From Nitrososphaerales archaeon (GTDB taxonomy: Archaea; Thermoproteota; Nitrososphaeria; Nitrososphaerales; UBA57), in NCBI GenBank assembly GCA_047517285.1, contig JAKZTE010000004.1, forward strand, positions 5,500 through 69,499: a stretch of DNA of 64,000 bases, given 5' to 3'. Under the pieces are notes generated by a model. That model was not told where the DNA came from. It made no database searches and saw only the letters and a list, made by a program, of their open reading frames with translations. The position numbers and the translations under genes were made by a program. Positions within the stretch are counted from its first letter, which is position 1. The number at the start of each line of letters is the position of its first letter. Of the stretch, positions 61,189-64,000 are shown one piece after another.

Positions 61189-61544
61189 TTTTCTCGTCTT
61201 CCTGCTAAATGTAAAGCATAAATCATTGGACAAAGTATGACGGCAAGAAATGGTAACAGACTAACAAGACTTTGAATACCCAAGGTTGTAAATGACAGTC
61301 CCCATGCAAATAAGAACATTACAGTGACGTCAAATATAACAAACATAATCAAATAAGAATAATACTGCATAATCAAATGGATACGAGATTCTCCTGTAGG
61401 CGGTTGCCCTGATTCAAATGTCTGTAATTTGATAGGATTGCGTTTTTTGGGAGCAAAGAAATAAGGAATGATCAAAGTAGGTAGTGAGAACATAACTCCT
61501 GCTAGAGCCATTGCCAGAATAATTCCAAACTCAGATGAAACCAT
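61182..61544 (-). CDS. nuoA: Complex I subunit A
   Basis: FESG, QYY..MFVIFDV..FLFAW; start set at MVSSE. Confidence 0.94.
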   Translation of the reverse strand: MVSSEFGIILAMALAGVMFSLPTLIIPYFFAPKKRNPIKLQTFESGQPPTGESRIHLIMQYYSYLIMFVIFDVTVMFLFAWGLSFTTLGIQSLVSLLPFLAVILCPMIYALHLAGRRENW

Positions 61545-61655
61545 ATTAGAATACACGCAATATGGCTGTTTAAATTTATTTAAAGCTTGAGTCAAAATTC
61601 AGTATTTGAATAGTATTTGTTAACTTTGTTGCTAATTAGAACATCTAGTCCGGAA

Positions 61656-62003
61656 TCAACTTGCGCGCCAAGTATGTTCGCATTTTGCACATCTGAAGAA
61701 TTGAGTAGAGGCTTCTTCAAGACTACTTGTCTGTTTTTCCCAGAAATATGCAGAATCATGACCGCATTTGGAACAAGTTGCTTTTGTAGTGGGCATAGAT
61801 TGGAGCTTTCGCGTTTTACTGTCAACGACTTTGATGTTCTTAGAATCTTCAAATTCTATTTCTTTAACCGTGACAAGTTTTGATTTCTCTTGATATCCGC
61901 ATGAAGAACAGACAATAACAGGTTTTGGGCGAGTTTTTGAACTAGATTCGTCTACTATTTTCTTAGGCCTCATCTTCGAACTACATTCAGGACAAAACTT
62001 CAC
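61656..62003 (-). CDS. tfs: Transcription factor S (TFS/RpoM family)
   Basis: MKFCPEC..CSSCG and C-terminal CSKCGH..QTSSLEE..FFRCAKCEHTWR ribbon. Confidence 0.9.
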   Translation of the reverse strand: MKFCPECSSKMRPKKIVDESSSKTRPKPVIVCSSCGYQEKSKLVTVKEIEFEDSKNIKVVDSKTRKLQSMPTTKATCSKCGHDSAYFWEKQTSSLEEASTQFFRCAKCEHTWRAS

Positions 62004-62043
62004 TACACAAACACCAAAAGATTGTGTATTATTTAGTACATAA

Positions 62044-62454
62044 TTATATAAAATTTTCTGTTAAAACGATATAAGGACTAAAATTAGAAAGTTCTTCAAT
62101 TCTTTTGATACAATTATTCGACATAAAGGAGAGGTTACGCCTATATTTTAATTCAATAACAGATGTTTTATTTAACCTGAGAAGAACTTTTCGTGTAAGT
62201 CTTCTACCTTCGGCATCATAATCAAATAAAATGATGATTTTATCGTATACTTGTGTTTTTAGTTCGATTTTTGACAGGTTATTGTTGTTACAATACTCAA
62301 TTGTTTTTCCTATAAAACCAAGAGAAACTAATGCATTAGTATCTTTTTTCCCTTCAACAAGTATAATTGCTCCGTTCACATATTCAGAATTAAGTTGATT
62401 AATAAAATCGAAGAGAAATTTATTGAATTCAATATTCTGTTGTAGAATATTCAT
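62044..62454 (-). CDS. Small Toprim-domain protein
   Basis: VEGKKD and DYDAEG motifs. Confidence 0.88.
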   Translation of the reverse strand: MNILQQNIEFNKFLFDFINQLNSEYVNGAIILVEGKKDTNALVSLGFIGKTIEYCNNNNLSKIELKTQVYDKIIILFDYDAEGRRLTRKVLLRLNKTSVIELKYRRNLSFMSNNCIKRIEELSNFSPYIVLTENFI

Positions 62455-62486
62455 TATAGATATTATAACAAGATCGGTATATTAAT

Positions 62487-62831
62487 TTAAACATCAGAAA
62501 TTCTTTGAGATTTATATTTTTCAATGATTGGAATGAAGAGTACGGGTATTAGAGTTCCAAATGCTATTCCAAGAACCATATTCCTCATAGTAGGATCAAG
62601 ATATGCACCCAATCCATTAGAGACAACATGAGCTAGACCAGCTCCTACAAGTCCGCCAATTGCTCCTTTAGAATTTTTTTTAAGAAAATTTCGAAGTTTT
62701 CTAGCACGTTTATGATCATGAGTTAGACGATGAAGACGGTGCTCTACTGTAATGCCAAAATAAGCCCCAAGGATTAGAAGGAAATTATCAAAGAAGCCAA
62801 AGATAAAACCGTCAGGAAGTATCATATTCAT
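62487..62831 (-). CDS. Small TMEM65-like membrane protein (variant copy)
   Basis: GFIFGFFDN..LILGA, GAGLAHVVSNGLGA; His/basic loop. Confidence 0.65.
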   Translation of the reverse strand: MNMILPDGFIFGFFDNFLLILGAYFGITVEHRLHRLTHDHKRARKLRNFLKKNSKGAIGGLVGAGLAHVVSNGLGAYLDPTMRNMVLGIAFGTLIPVLFIPIIEKYKSQRISDV

Positions 62832-62886
62832 AGTTACGTATTTCGAATATATTATTGTTGTTAATTAACAGTGTTAAGTGAAAGAA

Positions 62887-63192
62887 TTATTTTCGTAGTT
62901 TTTCAATGATTGGAATTAAGAGTAAAGGAAGGGCAGTTCCCATAACTATCCCAAAAAACATTTCATTCATATTTGGATCGATAAGTGCGCCAATACCATC
63001 AGAGATAGAATTAGCTAAACCAGCTCCAATAACCCCGCCAAGCACACCGCTTGCTTTATTATCAATGTATTTTTCGATATTTATGCCGGTATAAGCACCA
63101 ATGAGTAGAATGAAATTATCAAAGAAGCCAAAGATAAAACCTGCTGGTAGAAAATCAACGAATTCCCAGAGAAGATTAAGTTCAGATACCAT
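62887..63192 (-). CDS. Small TMEM65-like membrane protein (canonical copy)
   Basis: GFIFGFFDN..LIGA...IE, GAGLANSISDGIGA. Confidence 0.7.
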   Translation of the reverse strand: MVSELNLLWEFVDFLPAGFIFGFFDNFILLIGAYTGINIEKYIDNKASGVLGGVIGAGLANSISDGIGALIDPNMNEMFFGIVMGTALPLLLIPIIEKLRK

Positions 63193-63193
63193 A

Positions 63194-64000
63194 TCAAAGA
63201 CCTAATCCCAGTAACTCCTTAGCAATAATCATACGTTGAATGTCATTTGTTCCTTCGTAAATCTCAGCAATAAATGAATCCCTAAAACCGCGTTCAATTT
63301 CAGAACCATCAGTAATACCAGCTAATCCCTGTATTTCTATAGCCGTGGCGATAGCACGAGATGCAACTTCAGAAACATATGCCTTAGATATTGCAGAACC
63401 ACGAGATACGCGATCGCGTAATTGTCGAGGAACTTTTTCTTTAGACTCGATAACTTCATAATATTTTTCTAATTCAGTCAGATTGTTATAACACATAAAT
63501 TTCGATGCATAGACTTCCATAGCTACATCAGCTAATTTCCACTGTATAGATTGACGATTTGATAGATTGCCTCCCTCGCTTTGATTTTGTCGAAGATAAT
63601 CGACAGACAAGTCAAGAGCGCGTTGAGCTGCGCCCAAAGAACCAACAGCTAATGTAACACGACCTCCGTCAAGTGTTGAAAGTGCAACCATAAAACCCGC
63701 TCCTATATCGCCAAGAATATTTTCTTTTGGTACTCTACAGTTTTCAAATATTAATTCGACTGTGGATGAAGCTCTTAATCCGAGCTTTTTCTCCTTTTTT
63801 CCTACAGAGAAACCATCCATATTTTTTTCTATAATAAATGCTGTAATTCCTCCCATCGGTCCAAGTGACTTGTCATTAGCTGCAAAAACTACAATATATT
63901 CAGCTTGATCTCCATTAGTACAAAAGATTTTACTGCCATTAAGAATGAAATCATCGCCGTCAGGAGTAGCGGTGGTTTGGAGATTTGCTGCGTCACTACC
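63194..64000 (-). CDS. Acyl-CoA dehydrogenase (5'-truncated by window end)
   Basis: Frame open to the window end: GSDAANL, LNGSKIFCTNG, KLGLRAS, IYEGTNDIQR. Confidence 0.95.
   Translation of the reverse strand, partial: GSDAANLQTTATPDGDDFILNGSKIFCTNGDQAEYIVVFAANDKSLGPMGGITAFIIEKNMDGFSVGKKEKKLGLRASSTVELIFENCRVPKENILGDIGAGFMVALSTLDGGRVTLAVGSLGAAQRALDLSVDYLRQNQSEGGNLSNRQSIQWKLADVAMEVYASKFMCYNNLTELEKYYEVIESKEKVPRQLRDRVSRGSAISKAYVSEVASRAIATAIEIQGLAGITDGSEIERGFRDSFIAEIYEGTNDIQRMIIAKELLGLGL

Noticed and set aside
561-63094. Many 60-150 aa antisense or alternate-frame ORFs in the track (e.g. 3717-4049, 8479-8931, 20986-21414, 31814-32230)
   Set aside because: They overlap well-supported genes and show no motifs; treated as shadow ORFs.

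Overview
Gene-dense, AT-rich archaeal chromosome segment. Gene families and order point to Nitrososphaerota (Thaumarchaeota): nuoABCDHIJK-M-L-M-N '2M' complex I, unlinked 5S rRNA, trp operon without trpF, DUF1512, non-canonical tRNA introns. A streamlined, possibly heterotrophic marine lineage is plausible, but that is inference. Most of the window is housekeeping: ribosomal protein, RNA polymerase and translation factor clusters, trpEGDCBA, mvk-ipk-fni-GGPPS-gltX, glmS, trpS, pheST and complex I. RNA genes read by eye: tRNA-Val(TAC) with a D-loop intron, tRNA-Trp(CCA) with two introns, 5S rRNA and probable C/D-box sRNAs. Best leads: (1) a CarH-type B12 photoreceptor domain (W-x9-EH, E-x-H) fused to a transposase/integrase-like beta-sheet DNA-binding domain instead of MerR, divergent from two His-conserving membrane paralogs, with a candidate operator also found upstream of a prenyltransferase; (2) a tandem asymmetric pair of TMEM65-like small membrane proteins; (3) a nucleotide-identical 30-bp coding repeat shared by rps24e and rps4, 25 kb apart; (4) a prx-tusA-dsrE-larE-larB/larC sulfur-relay/nickel-pincer cluster with no larA in the window. 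All family assignments come from motif recognition; no searches were run.
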